35,556 nt of DNA, from positions 1-35,556 of IMG/VR virus record IMGVR_UViG_3300030372_003368; one strand, given 5' to 3'. Positions 7,664 to 18,496 of this stretch are shown one piece after another. The DNA comes from a virus. Lineage: Duplodnaviria; Caudoviricetes. The position numbers were made by a program, and so were the translations under genes. Numbering within the stretch: the stretch's first letter is position 1; each line of letters begins with the position of its first letter. Under the pieces are notes generated by a model. It was not told the DNA's origin and did not search any database. It worked only from the letters and a program-made list of their open reading frames with translations.

Positions 7664-7975
7664 TCATTTCCAATGATCGTCGTCGCGAGCGTCGAAGGCT
7701 AAAATTTCTGCATCTGATTTTGCTGTTAGCCCCGCCTCGATCTCATTGCTTTTTATTCGGATTGCAGAGACAGCATTGATGACAGCTTGTGCAGCAGCGC
7801 GGACATCGGCGTCAGAGCTTTGAAGATCGACAGCGGCGTTCCGTTGCCGCCATTCCGGTGCGGTTTTGAGGATGCGACGCTTCGCCTCAAACTTGACGGC
7901 GGGGTGCAATTGCTCACACCACTGTTCTTTTGTTAAGCCGCTGTCCAATCCGTGGTGATCTAGAAAATTTGCCAT
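7664..7975 (-). CDS. Putative tail-fibre assembly/chaperone protein
   Basis: Directly downstream of the fibre. EAKRRI...PEWRQRN...IRIKSNEIE pattern with C-terminal W. Confidence 0.55.
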   Translation of the reverse strand: MANFLDHHGLDSGLTKEQWCEQLHPAVKFEAKRRILKTAPEWRQRNAAVDLQSSDADVRAAAQAVINAVSAIRIKSNEIEAGLTAKSDAEILAFDARDDDHWK

Positions 7976-10812
7976 TACGCGCCTACCATAATTTTCGTCG
8001 CAGATATTGCTGTGCCGACAACCGGCATGCCTTGGGATTTTCCGGTATGGTTGTTCTGTTCGATTAGGTTGCCGTCGTGCCCAACGAGGTATCGCCGACC
8101 GGGTGTCAAGCTCGATTGGTTTTCGTTGATTGCGCCGGGAAGATGCACGGTCAGTGTTTGCGTGTCGCTGACACTGGCGCTTGCAAACCCGATAAAGTTA
8201 CGCGCATTTGAAACTGCAAGCTGTGGTGTGACACCGTAGTATTTGTTGTCCGACGAGGTGCGCCCGGTAACGACCATTGCGTTGCGTTGCGAGTTCCAAA
8301 CACCACCAAAAGCGTCATGGCTCGCGCTGCTAATTTCACGCTCGGCACTGATAACGAAAGCATCTTCACCCGCATTCTCGCCGAGCTTTATATCGACTAC
8401 GCAATATTTCAGCGCGTTCGATGCGCCATCATCTGCGAAAACAATTGCAAAAGCGTTAGTGTTTGGTATTGGGACATACAGCGGACCATGAGCAAAATAC
8501 ATTTGCGGCAAGCCGGTGAAGCTGATTCCGTAACTGTGGCTTGCTACGCCGTTCTGAAACGAGATCGTGCTAATTCGACCGTCTGTTCCGGCTTTACTGC
8601 GACCTCCCATGATTAAGCGTTTTGCCCACGGGTGCCAAATTGATCCATGCGGATAATCAGTTTGATCGCTACCCGAGTTTATAAGGTGATTAAGAGCGGG
8701 GTCGCCTGTAGCATCAGGTTGTCGGCCAAACCTCGGGCGGGTGCCGCCAGAGTTCGAGGCAGATTGAACATCGGTTTGATCTTTGTTCCATTGAGACGAC
8801 GGAAGATAAATAAACTCCGTGCCTTGGCCGGTGATATTTCGCATAAATATTAACCCGGCATCGGGTATCCATCGCAAAGCACCAAAATAAGAATAACTTT
8901 GCCCGTAGTTCATCGCTCCAAGCGCTTCGTCGTGGCCCCAGCGGACTTGCTCGTCTACTGACGTATCCACAAAACCCATTGCTGCGCTGTTGTTTGATGT
9001 CGACCCGTTTTGGTATGCGGCAAACATAATGCCGGTCGAGCGACAAACATCGACCGTTCCGTAAGCGACGCTACTACCGCCGAATGTCTCGCTGGCGGTT
9101 CCCGATAAAGTGCCCGAATTGTTTCGGAGAAGATAACAACCGCTGGTGCTGCTAAACCGATACGGCCCAATAAATATTCTGTCCACCGCCGGGTTATAGA
9201 CCGCTGCGACGCCACCATGCAGATAAGTGCCGCCGTGAGAATAAGTCAACTCGCCCGTGTAGGCCGTGTCCATATCTGCGGCGAGAGTTACCCGAGCAAA
9301 ATAAGTCGAGCCGCTTCCGTCGAGGACAGATATTACTTCGTTATTCCCTTCATCGTAGACAACGTGTGTATATTCAAAGTTTCGCGATGACGACGCAACC
9401 GTCGATCCAATGACTTCGGTCGAAGTAAACCCGGTGGCCGAAATCTGCTTAACCTTACCGGCCGATGTGATAGCGACAGGTTTCCCAGCCGTGATTGAGC
9501 CATCCGCAACAAGATCAACCGTGCCACCGCTGGCTGGTAGGTTGGTTAGGTTTGCACCGGACACGGCAGGAAGTGCTGCTGATCCATTTAATTGAACTAA
9601 GTTGTTTGCGCTGGTGCCGACTGTGTAGCCCCAGCTTGCATCTGTACCGTCGCTTTTCAGAACCGTGTTTGCCGATCCTACCGCAAGGCGTGCCGTGGCG
9701 TTTGAACTGTCGCGCACGATGATGTCGCCGCGTGTCGTCATCGGATCGGCAAGACTGCCCGCGTTGCCGGTTCTAACGAACGACACAAGGACAGCGTCGG
9801 AGTTACTGAATGACCCGTTGCTTACAACGTGCGTGACAGCGAGCTTAACATACCCGCTCGCGTCTGTGCTGGCACCGCTGATCTTGTACGTTGCAAAATT
9901 TTGTTGCGCCGACTTTTTGGTGATCGTGACTTGCCCGCGATCTGACGTTTGGGTGCTATCGTCCCACGTAAGCACAAACGCGCTGACATCGGGATTGCCG
10001 CTTGCCGCTGTGCTATCGTCAATGAAAATCTGCGAGACGCTGCCAAGCGTTCCGTTATTCAACCGGATTTGCCCGGCACCGGGATCGGCATCGCTCGTCG
10101 TAGTGGAGAACGTGTACGGTAGACCTCCGACGCCGTCGGGGCCCTGAGACCCGGTTGATCCCCCTGCCCCCGTTGACCCAACAGGGACACCTAACGAAAG
10201 TGCGCCGGTCGAAGAATTAAACGAGACAGTCGCGCTTTGCGAATTGCCTGATCCATCGACCGCAACATTACTCACTGCTACCGTATTGACGCGCCCGGTC
10301 GTCGTCTCCAATGCTGTGCCGTTGCTGTCGTAAGCGATCAGCTTGCTTGCCTGATCAGACGCCGTATCAGCATACGGAAAGAACAGCGGACCCGATGTGC
10401 CGGTGCCGCTCGTCGTACGGTTAACTGTGGCAGGCAGTTGGATGTTGCGAGACAGCAGCGTCTCAATCTGCTGATCGTTAATGGTCAATCGATCAAGTGC
10501 GTCATTGATGCTCGCCGCTGTGAAGTCGCCGCCCGTGCTGTAGTCGGTCGTGCGCTCAATCGCCTGATCGCTTTCGATCGTGACGATGGCGTTGTTTGCA
10601 GGTGCGTTGCCGGACGTAAAGGTGACGGTGCCCGTACCGTCTGCATTTAGCGACGTCGTGTAGTGTGTCGTCACCGTCTTGGTTGTGGTGCCTTCGCTGA
10701 CCTTGATGTCACCCGCTGCAAGCACTTTGAACGAGAACGAGAACGGCCCAAGGTTGCTGCCGTTGCCGGTGTACTGTACTCGACGGTGGACTGCGTTGAC
10801 TGTGATGCTCAT
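7975..10812 (-). CDS. Tail fibre / receptor-binding protein
   Basis: T7 gp17-like N-terminal adaptor (YTGNG...FSF...DI.V...N.ALD.L....QQ), Ser/Thr/Gly-rich shaft, C-terminal beta-rich head. Confidence 0.88.
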   Translation of the reverse strand: MSITVNAVHRRVQYTGNGSNLGPFSFSFKVLAAGDIKVSEGTTTKTVTTHYTTSLNADGTGTVTFTSGNAPANNAIVTIESDQAIERTTDYSTGGDFTAASINDALDRLTINDQQIETLLSRNIQLPATVNRTTSGTGTSGPLFFPYADTASDQASKLIAYDSNGTALETTTGRVNTVAVSNVAVDGSGNSQSATVSFNSSTGALSLGVPVGSTGAGGSTGSQGPDGVGGLPYTFSTTTSDADPGAGQIRLNNGTLGSVSQIFIDDSTAASGNPDVSAFVLTWDDSTQTSDRGQVTITKKSAQQNFATYKISGASTDASGYVKLAVTHVVSNGSFSNSDAVLVSFVRTGNAGSLADPMTTRGDIIVRDSSNATARLAVGSANTVLKSDGTDASWGYTVGTSANNLVQLNGSAALPAVSGANLTNLPASGGTVDLVADGSITAGKPVAITSAGKVKQISATGFTSTEVIGSTVASSSRNFEYTHVVYDEGNNEVISVLDGSGSTYFARVTLAADMDTAYTGELTYSHGGTYLHGGVAAVYNPAVDRIFIGPYRFSSTSGCYLLRNNSGTLSGTASETFGGSSVAYGTVDVCRSTGIMFAAYQNGSTSNNSAAMGFVDTSVDEQVRWGHDEALGAMNYGQSYSYFGALRWIPDAGLIFMRNITGQGTEFIYLPSSQWNKDQTDVQSASNSGGTRPRFGRQPDATGDPALNHLINSGSDQTDYPHGSIWHPWAKRLIMGGRSKAGTDGRISTISFQNGVASHSYGISFTGLPQMYFAHGPLYVPIPNTNAFAIVFADDGASNALKYCVVDIKLGENAGEDAFVISAEREISSASHDAFGGVWNSQRNAMVVTGRTSSDNKYYGVTPQLAVSNARNFIGFASASVSDTQTLTVHLPGAINENQSSLTPGRRYLVGHDGNLIEQNNHTGKSQGMPVVGTAISATKIMVGA

Positions 10813-10864
10813 GGCACTATTCCGATTGCTACGTTGCGACTACTTACACTCAAATCAAAATAAA

Positions 10865-13729
10865 TCATAGCGGTGGCACCATTCGATCCGGCGTTGGTTT
10901 TGGCTTATTCTCGATCAACCGTTTAGCTTCTGCTAGGGCTGTGCCCTCTGCAAACATCATTTCAAGTTGTGCCTTTTTTCGCTTTGTCAGAATTTGCTGC
11001 AGCGTTTCCAACTTGTCTTCGTTACTGACTTCGTTGCCGCTGAAATCAAATTGGTATGCCGGTTCGCTGATCACGCGCCGCATCTCTTCAACCATCGTTT
11101 CGCCTCTGCTGTTTGGCGCGTTAATGCCTCGCAGCATTTGGTTGTAATAATCAGAACTGAGGTACACGCCTTTCTGTTTTCGCTTTGGCATACGCAAACC
11201 AAGGTTGAGACGCACCATCTCCGCATCAACCGCATTGTATTCCGGCGTTGATATTCTAATCGGGCTGAACCAATCCCACTTCGGCAACTGCAACTGCTCG
11301 CGAGGCTGCGCCCACAGGTTTAGTTTTTCCTCGACGGCATCGCTGCCACCGGGCAAGCGCGACATCTTTTCATTGTATAATTCAATAACGCCTTTGTACC
11401 CCGGCAGCGCTTCCATCTCTTCATTTAATTGATCAGCGGACGGACTGACATCGCTTGCAAGTGGGTTCAGTGATCTTTCGATCGTAGCAGTGAGCGATCC
11501 GGTTGGTGCCGGTGCTGCAGTCACTAGGGCGTTACCGGCTTGCTTTGCTACCAAATCGGCAAAGCGTTTTCCCTTTTCAGTTGTGCCCTCGTACTCGCTA
11601 CCAAGGATTTCGCTGATGTCGAACAGACCCTGCAGCATCGGGTACTCTTTAATCATGTCGTACATCGCTGCGCCGCTTGAGATAAACATCTCCATCAGCG
11701 AGTCCTGATCGTTCTCATAGTTGGCATAGTTGGCGTAGCCTGCCGCCATTGACATCACACCCGCAATCGGCGCAAGGCGACTGAAGTCGTAGCCTTTAAA
11801 CTCGCCGTTGTCTTGCCGAATGTATACAGTATTCGGCGTTAGTTTTTGCCGCCGCCACGCTGCCTGCGCCTGCTTGTTCGTCGGACCCGGACCGGTGATG
11901 AACACATCGTCAGCCATCTCACCGGTTGCCAGCATTGAGAGGTACGCAAAGACGCCGCTATATCCGACGACCTTGGCAATTGCTGCATCAGCTCGGGCAC
12001 CGCCTGCTTTCAACTCTGTATAGAACCCACTGCCGGGAATAACAGCTAACGGGCTGCGCTGCAGCGTTTGCTTAACGATGTTCGTAGGCGTGCGATAGAA
12101 CGGCACAATGATCTTCGCCAGTGGGTGCGACATGATATTGCTGAACTGTCCCGCCCACGGGCCAAGCTCGTTTGTGAACGTCATTACCCGCGCTGCATCT
12201 GTCGCACTCTCCACTGTCGATGCGTCTTGGCGAGACATAATACGCACAGCCAGCTTGACAGCCTCCTCGTTGCTCATGCCCTCCTCAATGGCACGATTGA
12301 CCTGCCGCAGCGCTTGCGATCGCAGTTCCATATTGAACCCGATGCCTTTAAAAAACTCATCTTCTGCAAGCAGCAAACGAGAGCCAAACATGCGCGTAAG
12401 CACACCATAGAGATCAATAGCCTTTGCTAGTGTCGTGCCCGGCTGTGCAAAACTTAGATCAAGGTATTCCGCGCTGATTGCCTTCGCATCCCGTGCATCA
12501 ATCTTTGTTGCATCGACGCCAAATGTCGGCTCCTCTGATCGTAGAGCGCGAGCCGTCGCGTGGATCGCGTCACGCAGTCCCATCGTCAGGCTCTGCGCCT
12601 GCGACAGTCCCTCCATCATATAAACGCGATCGGGACCGCCAAGGTTGAGACGGGTCATCTTGCGAGCGCCCTGTCGTAACATACCGACTACGCCAGCCGC
12701 TACGCGCTCGGGTATCTGTATGCCTGCAAATATCGCATTCGATGTGATGTTTACGGCATGCGTTACCGGCGACGACAACAGCCCGTTGAGGTATGCCTCT
12801 GCCCACGCATCTAATCCCTTGCTCGCCAAAGTCTTCATAAAGCGCGACTTCGCGGCAGGGTCTTTTGGCAGCGATGTATATGCTGCGCGGATGTCCTGCA
12901 CTGTCTCAGGTGTTACCCCGCGATTATCATAACGCTTCATAATCTCGGGCAGCGATGAAGCGCGGCCCACGTCCATCGCACCAATGCGGCCGGCATGCGA
13001 CAGCACAGCCATCGACCTGCCCGTTTCAGCGATCGCACCGGCAGTCTGCATCTCAATCGCACCAGCCATCGGCAGGAAGCGCAACAACTCCTCGTCGGTT
13101 CCGTTCTTCATCAACTCTTCAAGATGAACCGAATAATTCAGTCGAGCCCATACCGCGCGGGCAATCTGCTCGGGGTTGAATGACTGACCGGGTTTGCGAG
13201 CCAGCACCTCCGCGACGACCTGATCCATGCCGACAGACTGCGCGGATTTGACAATCTCATCGATCGTCATCTTGCCCCGGCGTTGCTGCAGGATGTCGTC
13301 TTGAAAAACTTGGTGGATCGCGTTGATGTAGTCCTTCTGCACCTCTTCCAAATTCTGCCGCGTGAGATTGGGTAGCGGTATGCGGATTTCTGCATCTTCC
13401 GGCAGGTTCAGCGCGTCTTTAAATGCTCGCGCCTCTTCCGGCGTGGCCGCGTTGATGATAAACTCGCCCGCCGTCTCTTGAACAAGCGGAGCTTGCATCG
13501 GCTCTGCTGGCCCCGGCGTTTCCATTCGCCGTGCAGCTTCACGCAATATTTTTAACCCGGCACCAGCTACCTGCACCTCGGGCTCGGCAGGTGCTGTCTC
13601 TTCGTCGTAGCCAATAATATTCTGCTCTTCTTGGATTACCTCGTCAGGTATCGCTGACGGGTCGAGTACCGGCCCCTCGGCGAGCGGCGTTTCTACAGGT
13701 TCAAGCGGCAGCATCGGTTCAGTTGTCAT
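10865..13729 (-). CDS. Large internal virion (ejection) protein
   Basis: 954 aa, positioned after the tail tubular genes. RLLLAEDEFFK and VPFYRTPTNI motifs are typical of podovirus core proteins. Confidence 0.7.
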   Translation of the reverse strand: MTTEPMLPLEPVETPLAEGPVLDPSAIPDEVIQEEQNIIGYDEETAPAEPEVQVAGAGLKILREAARRMETPGPAEPMQAPLVQETAGEFIINAATPEEARAFKDALNLPEDAEIRIPLPNLTRQNLEEVQKDYINAIHQVFQDDILQQRRGKMTIDEIVKSAQSVGMDQVVAEVLARKPGQSFNPEQIARAVWARLNYSVHLEELMKNGTDEELLRFLPMAGAIEMQTAGAIAETGRSMAVLSHAGRIGAMDVGRASSLPEIMKRYDNRGVTPETVQDIRAAYTSLPKDPAAKSRFMKTLASKGLDAWAEAYLNGLLSSPVTHAVNITSNAIFAGIQIPERVAAGVVGMLRQGARKMTRLNLGGPDRVYMMEGLSQAQSLTMGLRDAIHATARALRSEEPTFGVDATKIDARDAKAISAEYLDLSFAQPGTTLAKAIDLYGVLTRMFGSRLLLAEDEFFKGIGFNMELRSQALRQVNRAIEEGMSNEEAVKLAVRIMSRQDASTVESATDAARVMTFTNELGPWAGQFSNIMSHPLAKIIVPFYRTPTNIVKQTLQRSPLAVIPGSGFYTELKAGGARADAAIAKVVGYSGVFAYLSMLATGEMADDVFITGPGPTNKQAQAAWRRQKLTPNTVYIRQDNGEFKGYDFSRLAPIAGVMSMAAGYANYANYENDQDSLMEMFISSGAAMYDMIKEYPMLQGLFDISEILGSEYEGTTEKGKRFADLVAKQAGNALVTAAPAPTGSLTATIERSLNPLASDVSPSADQLNEEMEALPGYKGVIELYNEKMSRLPGGSDAVEEKLNLWAQPREQLQLPKWDWFSPIRISTPEYNAVDAEMVRLNLGLRMPKRKQKGVYLSSDYYNQMLRGINAPNSRGETMVEEMRRVISEPAYQFDFSGNEVSNEDKLETLQQILTKRKKAQLEMMFAEGTALAEAKRLIENKPKPTPDRMVPPL

Positions 13730-16091
13730 TTTGCTCCCTCTCGACTTGTGACATTGCTACGGCACCACCGGCAGTGAATAGCGGTGCGCCTTTCTTCATC
13801 AGGCTGTCGCGCATTTTCTTTGTGACCGGCAGCGTCCATACTTTAGTTTCAACGTCTTCGATATTTGAATACCCTAATTCGCCGAGTAGTTGCTGGTCGT
13901 TCATTTCATTGATTGGCACGCCTGTTTCTACGGGTTCGCCTTGCGTGTATTCTCGACTTTTAATATCGGTCACCCCAACCTTCGCGCCGAATTTCTTGCC
14001 CCACTTGGCCGCGTAGTTTTTGAGCATCTTGTCATAAAAGCCCTCCATGCCTTCACCGCCGACTTCAAGATCGACGCCTGTAAGCAAATAGCGGAAGTCA
14101 GATGCTCTCTCTACTCCTAGTAATTTTTTGCCTTCGCCGCTTACAATTTTATCGGCAATTTCCTGTCCAACAAAATTTGGCAAATCAGATGCGTCAAAAA
14201 TTCCATCATTCGGTAAGGTTACTTCAGCTAAATCGCTATCCGTAATTTCAATTTTATACTGCCCGTTTTCTAGTGGTGTGTACTCTAGTGCGTCGATTTT
14301 TTTGCTCAGATCATACCGCTCGGCCTGCATCTTGCCGGGTGTCCACGCGATCGCGTCGTAGCCTTCCTCTGCTGCCATACGGGCAACACGCCGGAATGCC
14401 ATCTCATGCCACGTTTTCTTGAGGGGGGCGTCTGCTACGCCGCCTTGTGAAACTACATTAATTGCTTCTGCTTCAGATGTAGCGTTTACCGAATCAATAA
14501 ACTCACCATCGCGGCTTACAAGATAGAAATTTGGGTCTGCTGCACGTTTTGCAGTTAAACCTTTAGCACTCTTATACCCATGCTTTCGGCCCTTCTGATG
14601 CCAATCGCTCTGTATTTCTTCAATAAACAGAATGCGCTCACCGTTGGGACCGGTGCGGTCGTTGAGGCGCATGTGAGCTAGGACGTTGGGCTCTTCAAAA
14701 TGGCCGCCTGTGAAACTGTCGGCTAACCGCTTTTCACCTTGTTTGTATTGTTTGTCTAATTCCCGCTGCAAAATATCGCGTTGGTCTAAATTAAGCTGAT
14801 AAATGTTTTCTATATTATCCCCAAATAAATCTTTAGCTGTTTGGATTGGAGTGCGGTCATCAACCAGCCCGCGACGCTCGGGCAGCGTTAGCAGCACCTC
14901 GCGATAGTTCTCGCCGCCGGGTAAGGTGTATTCGGAAAACTGTGTATTAGATGCCTCTTCAGCAATTTCCTTGACGCTTCGATTTTCCCCGACTTCTTTT
15001 AAATACTCCTGAATTAACGCCTCAGTTTGACTATTAAAGCGATCATTTGCGCTGCCCTTTTCCCACGTCTCTAGCGCGTCCCGCACGTCATCCTCGTACA
15101 TATTGTTCATTATTAAAATATCTTGCATTTCTTCAGTAGCAGCGCTGCGACTTCCAAATTCCTTAGTGACTTCCTCAAGCTGCACCTGATTGGCTTGCAC
15201 GTAATCCTGCACCTCGGCTTTCGTCACCGACTTCTTACCTTTCAAGAAATCGTCTAGCCCGATCCACGCCATCTCCTCGGGCTTGACGCCCTCACCCTTT
15301 GCAATCATTGCCCGCATCTGCGAGGCGCTGCCCTTCTCCATCGGCAACGCTTCGACAGCGCGATTGACCGCGCTATAGAAACCTATGTCGGAAACGTCAG
15401 TGGCTCGATCGACCGGTACAGTCGCACCACCTAGCCCCATGTTCATCACAGTCGGATCAGGCGCACCACCGCGCAATAATTGCTGAGTTGCCCGCGCCGC
15501 CACGCCGACGCCCTCTAACGGGTCCATCATCCCGCCCATGAGAGCGCGACCGAAATTGATCAGTTGATTGTCTTCACTCAGATCAATCTCTTCGCCTGTC
15601 TGCGCGTCAGTGATCACACGCGGGTATAGCTGCCCTTGGTGCAGAATGTAATCGTCGGAGGGTACGCCGGAAAACGTACCCGACGCGGCGTCATAATAAT
15701 CACCCAACGGGACAGTCGGGTTTTCGATGACAGCCATCTGATAATCAACCGGCTGCAGCGAGCCGTCTTCTATACGGTTCTCGACTTCGCCAATCCTATA
15801 CTGCTGATACGCTGCACCGAAGTCATCACCGAGAAGCTGCAGAGCGTTCGTCGCTAAATCAGACATACGACCGCCTATATCATTTGATGGCACTCGCTCC
15901 TGCATTGCGTCGTCAGCAGTCGGCTGTGCGAAGCCCTGCATCTCGTTGCCACCAAGGATAGGATTGCTCTCAGGGCCGGGTGGCGGCGGGGGGATCATGA
16001 ACCCGTCACGGGTCATGTGCAGATTGTCTTCGCTCGTATAGGTATTGCGAGCGTCCGACCGGCTTTGCAGAAATTTGGTGATTGCGTCCAT
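13719..16091 (-). CDS. Internal virion / polyvalent protein with possible GNAT-like domain
   Basis: GFYS...GVKPEE..W.GL, YTLPGGENYRE, LFIEEIQSDWHQKG, A.EEGYDAIAW, GMEGFYD. Confidence 0.6.
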   Translation of the reverse strand: MDAITKFLQSRSDARNTYTSEDNLHMTRDGFMIPPPPPGPESNPILGGNEMQGFAQPTADDAMQERVPSNDIGGRMSDLATNALQLLGDDFGAAYQQYRIGEVENRIEDGSLQPVDYQMAVIENPTVPLGDYYDAASGTFSGVPSDDYILHQGQLYPRVITDAQTGEEIDLSEDNQLINFGRALMGGMMDPLEGVGVAARATQQLLRGGAPDPTVMNMGLGGATVPVDRATDVSDIGFYSAVNRAVEALPMEKGSASQMRAMIAKGEGVKPEEMAWIGLDDFLKGKKSVTKAEVQDYVQANQVQLEEVTKEFGSRSAATEEMQDILIMNNMYEDDVRDALETWEKGSANDRFNSQTEALIQEYLKEVGENRSVKEIAEEASNTQFSEYTLPGGENYREVLLTLPERRGLVDDRTPIQTAKDLFGDNIENIYQLNLDQRDILQRELDKQYKQGEKRLADSFTGGHFEEPNVLAHMRLNDRTGPNGERILFIEEIQSDWHQKGRKHGYKSAKGLTAKRAADPNFYLVSRDGEFIDSVNATSEAEAINVVSQGGVADAPLKKTWHEMAFRRVARMAAEEGYDAIAWTPGKMQAERYDLSKKIDALEYTPLENGQYKIEITDSDLAEVTLPNDGIFDASDLPNFVGQEIADKIVSGEGKKLLGVERASDFRYLLTGVDLEVGGEGMEGFYDKMLKNYAAKWGKKFGAKVGVTDIKSREYTQGEPVETGVPINEMNDQQLLGELGYSNIEDVETKVWTLPVTKKMRDSLMKKGAPLFTAGGAVAMSQVEREQNDN

Positions 16092-17914
16092 TATGGCCGT
16101 CTATTTATTTCGTCTATAAGTTTAAGAGCTTGCAAGGCTCTTTTCGCTGCTTCCTTGTCTGCTTTGCCTGCGCCACTATCTTCCGCAACGATTGCATTAA
16201 AAAACGCTCGGTTCATTTCCGGCGGCTGTGCCATCGTGCGTGTTAAATCTTTAAACGAAGTTTCAACAATTCTGTCTTGGACAGATATTTGACGTGTTTT
16301 TTCTTTGGTTTGGATGTCAACCAACAATCCTCTAACTAGCGATTCTGCATCAAAAAAATCTTCTGCTGTCCTTTCTTCGCCGCTCCTTATTTTTGCGCGA
16401 AGAGTTCTGACGAATCTGTCTCTTTCGCGGTACACTGCGTCCTCAATTTGATCGTAGTAAACGCGCTGTAATTTCTTGTAATCGGGCAATTGATCTAGCT
16501 TGTTCTCAAGGTCATCCTCGCTGACATTGAGTTGCGTTTTTGCGTTACGCAAAGCGGCTTGCACATTTGCATCGCGTTGCGTGTTTATCTCTTCTAAAAA
16601 TTTTGCTTTATCTTCTTCAGTCAATTTGGCTTTGGCAACGTCGCCATAATTTAATATCCGCACGGCACGCAAATCGCGCAACTTGGTCAAATCCTGTAGG
16701 TCTGATGTCAAGGTTGTTTCGTTACGATCTAAAAATTCTTGCAATTCCTTTGCTTCGTCGTAGTGGCCTAGCGCGTTGTATTGTGTGACCACCTTGGCTA
16801 ATTCATCGCGGTTATTTTCTTTAACCAATTGTGGGACCGTTGCTCTCAGTCTTTCAAATGCAGCGGCTGCATCGTTATTGGCTTTTTTATCTGCAAGCTC
16901 TTCCGCTTGATTGTAGGTTTTAATTAAATTCATAACTCCATCGATGGATTTCGTTCGCTCTGTTTCGTCCATCATTTTCCACATCTCTTGAAGACGTGGG
17001 GGCACACCGTGCTTTTTTTTGCCACTGGCGAATTTTCGCAACTCTTGAAATGCTAACAGTGGGTCATCAGCATATTCCGGGCTCGTTTGTGCCCAATTCC
17101 GAATAGCGTTTATCTGCGCCTCGGAAATGGCGTCGTCATATTTGCGCTCGTATTTTAGAATGGTTTGCGGATCAACGCCGCCATTCTGTAACGCGCTATT
17201 CAATCGCACGCGACCGGCAATAATACGATCCTGCAGAGTTGCTGCACCCTGCTCCGGGTTGTAGCCCGACACAATTTTTGACGATTGTGCAATTAAGGAC
17301 GACCCGTTAGCAATCGCGTTGCTTTTGTTCAGTTTGGTCTGTCGCGCCATGTACTCGCGAGTAAACTGCACGACTTGCGAGTTGGCGAGGATACCCAATG
17401 ACTTGCCGACCTTTGCTCCCGACTGCGGCGATATAGCAGATAGACTGCTCGCGAACTCTGACACCGCGCTGTCGAGTTTGGCCGTCAAGGTAGACGGGTC
17501 CATATTTGGGTCAGCGGCTTCTTTGGCAAACATCTGTGTCAGGTAACGCCTGCCTGCAATGTCCATGCGGTCCTCAGTGACCGCCAAGCTGCCCTTGTAC
17601 GCTGCCTGTTGGAACACATTGTAACTCGATGCATCACCCGGCAACTCGATTGGCTTGCCGGTTTCCATTGCAAGTTCAACCTCTGCGGCTGTCGGTGCAT
17701 TGCGCGCACCGTAGGCAAGCCCTTTAGCTTCGGCTTCCGACGCCGCCATCTTGTTGGCTGTCGCTTGGAATTGATTGAGGCGGCTCGACAGCGAATTGAA
17801 CATCTGCGTCTGCACTTGCAGAGCCGGATCAGGGCCCGTGGGTACGCGCACGCCCCCGCTAACCGGCGTGACCATGCCTTGCAGAATTGATGCTCTTTGA
17901 AATCGCTGTGCCAT
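16091..17914 (-). CDS. Internal virion protein
   Basis: Helical 607-aa protein in the T7 gp15-equivalent position. Confidence 0.6.
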   Translation of the reverse strand: MAQRFQRASILQGMVTPVSGGVRVPTGPDPALQVQTQMFNSLSSRLNQFQATANKMAASEAEAKGLAYGARNAPTAAEVELAMETGKPIELPGDASSYNVFQQAAYKGSLAVTEDRMDIAGRRYLTQMFAKEAADPNMDPSTLTAKLDSAVSEFASSLSAISPQSGAKVGKSLGILANSQVVQFTREYMARQTKLNKSNAIANGSSLIAQSSKIVSGYNPEQGAATLQDRIIAGRVRLNSALQNGGVDPQTILKYERKYDDAISEAQINAIRNWAQTSPEYADDPLLAFQELRKFASGKKKHGVPPRLQEMWKMMDETERTKSIDGVMNLIKTYNQAEELADKKANNDAAAAFERLRATVPQLVKENNRDELAKVVTQYNALGHYDEAKELQEFLDRNETTLTSDLQDLTKLRDLRAVRILNYGDVAKAKLTEEDKAKFLEEINTQRDANVQAALRNAKTQLNVSEDDLENKLDQLPDYKKLQRVYYDQIEDAVYRERDRFVRTLRAKIRSGEERTAEDFFDAESLVRGLLVDIQTKEKTRQISVQDRIVETSFKDLTRTMAQPPEMNRAFFNAIVAEDSGAGKADKEAAKRALQALKLIDEINRRP

Positions 17915-17915
17915 A

Positions 17916-18494
17916 TTAATTAAATATCACGTTGCTGCCGCTGTACGGTTGCGAAGACCAACCGGCACCGCTCGGATCAAACATTGTTTGCCCGCCTAGA
18001 TTGCCGCCCGGTGCCTGCACTCGGGCAAAATTAAACGCGGACATGCCAAGCGTCATCAGCGCGCCCATGACACCTGCAGACTTCGCTGCCTTGCCTGCTG
18101 CGCGAGCGCGAGACGCTTGATACAGTTGCATCTGCGCCTGCTGCTCACCAAGCAAGACCGTGATTGCGCGGTTGTTATCTGCCATCGCGTAATTCGTTCC
18201 ACCGACATCCAATGCTCGCGTTTTCAAACCAAACGGATTGCCGCTGAACGGATCAATGTTACCTGCGCCAGCCGCTGCGTTGATCTTTGCCATGGCGACG
18301 AGGGTTTTTTCCAACTCTGCGACAGCCGCCGCCTTGTGTTTGAGACTTTCCTGCTTGGCAGAAAATCGCGTGAACTCTGCCTGCACTTCAAGATTGCGTG
18401 CCTGTCCCTCAAACATTGCGGCCTGTGCACGACCGCCTTGAAATTGCGAATACGCGCTGGCAAGACTGAGAGCTAACCCAACACCTGCAGTCAT
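17916..18494 (-). CDS. Internal virion protein (gp14-like)
   Basis: Ala/Gly/Gln-rich with hydrophobic ends, right after tail tubular B. Confidence 0.65.
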   Translation of the reverse strand: MTAGVGLALSLASAYSQFQGGRAQAAMFEGQARNLEVQAEFTRFSAKQESLKHKAAAVAELEKTLVAMAKINAAAGAGNIDPFSGNPFGLKTRALDVGGTNYAMADNNRAITVLLGEQQAQMQLYQASRARAAGKAAKSAGVMGALMTLGMSAFNFARVQAPGGNLGGQTMFDPSGAGWSSQPYSGSNVIFN

Positions 18495-18496
18495 CT

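Noticed and set aside
7975-10812. Diversity-generating retroelement or invertible tail-fibre cassette
   Set aside because: No reverse transcriptase, TR/VR pair, second fibre tip or flanking inverted repeats were seen by eye.
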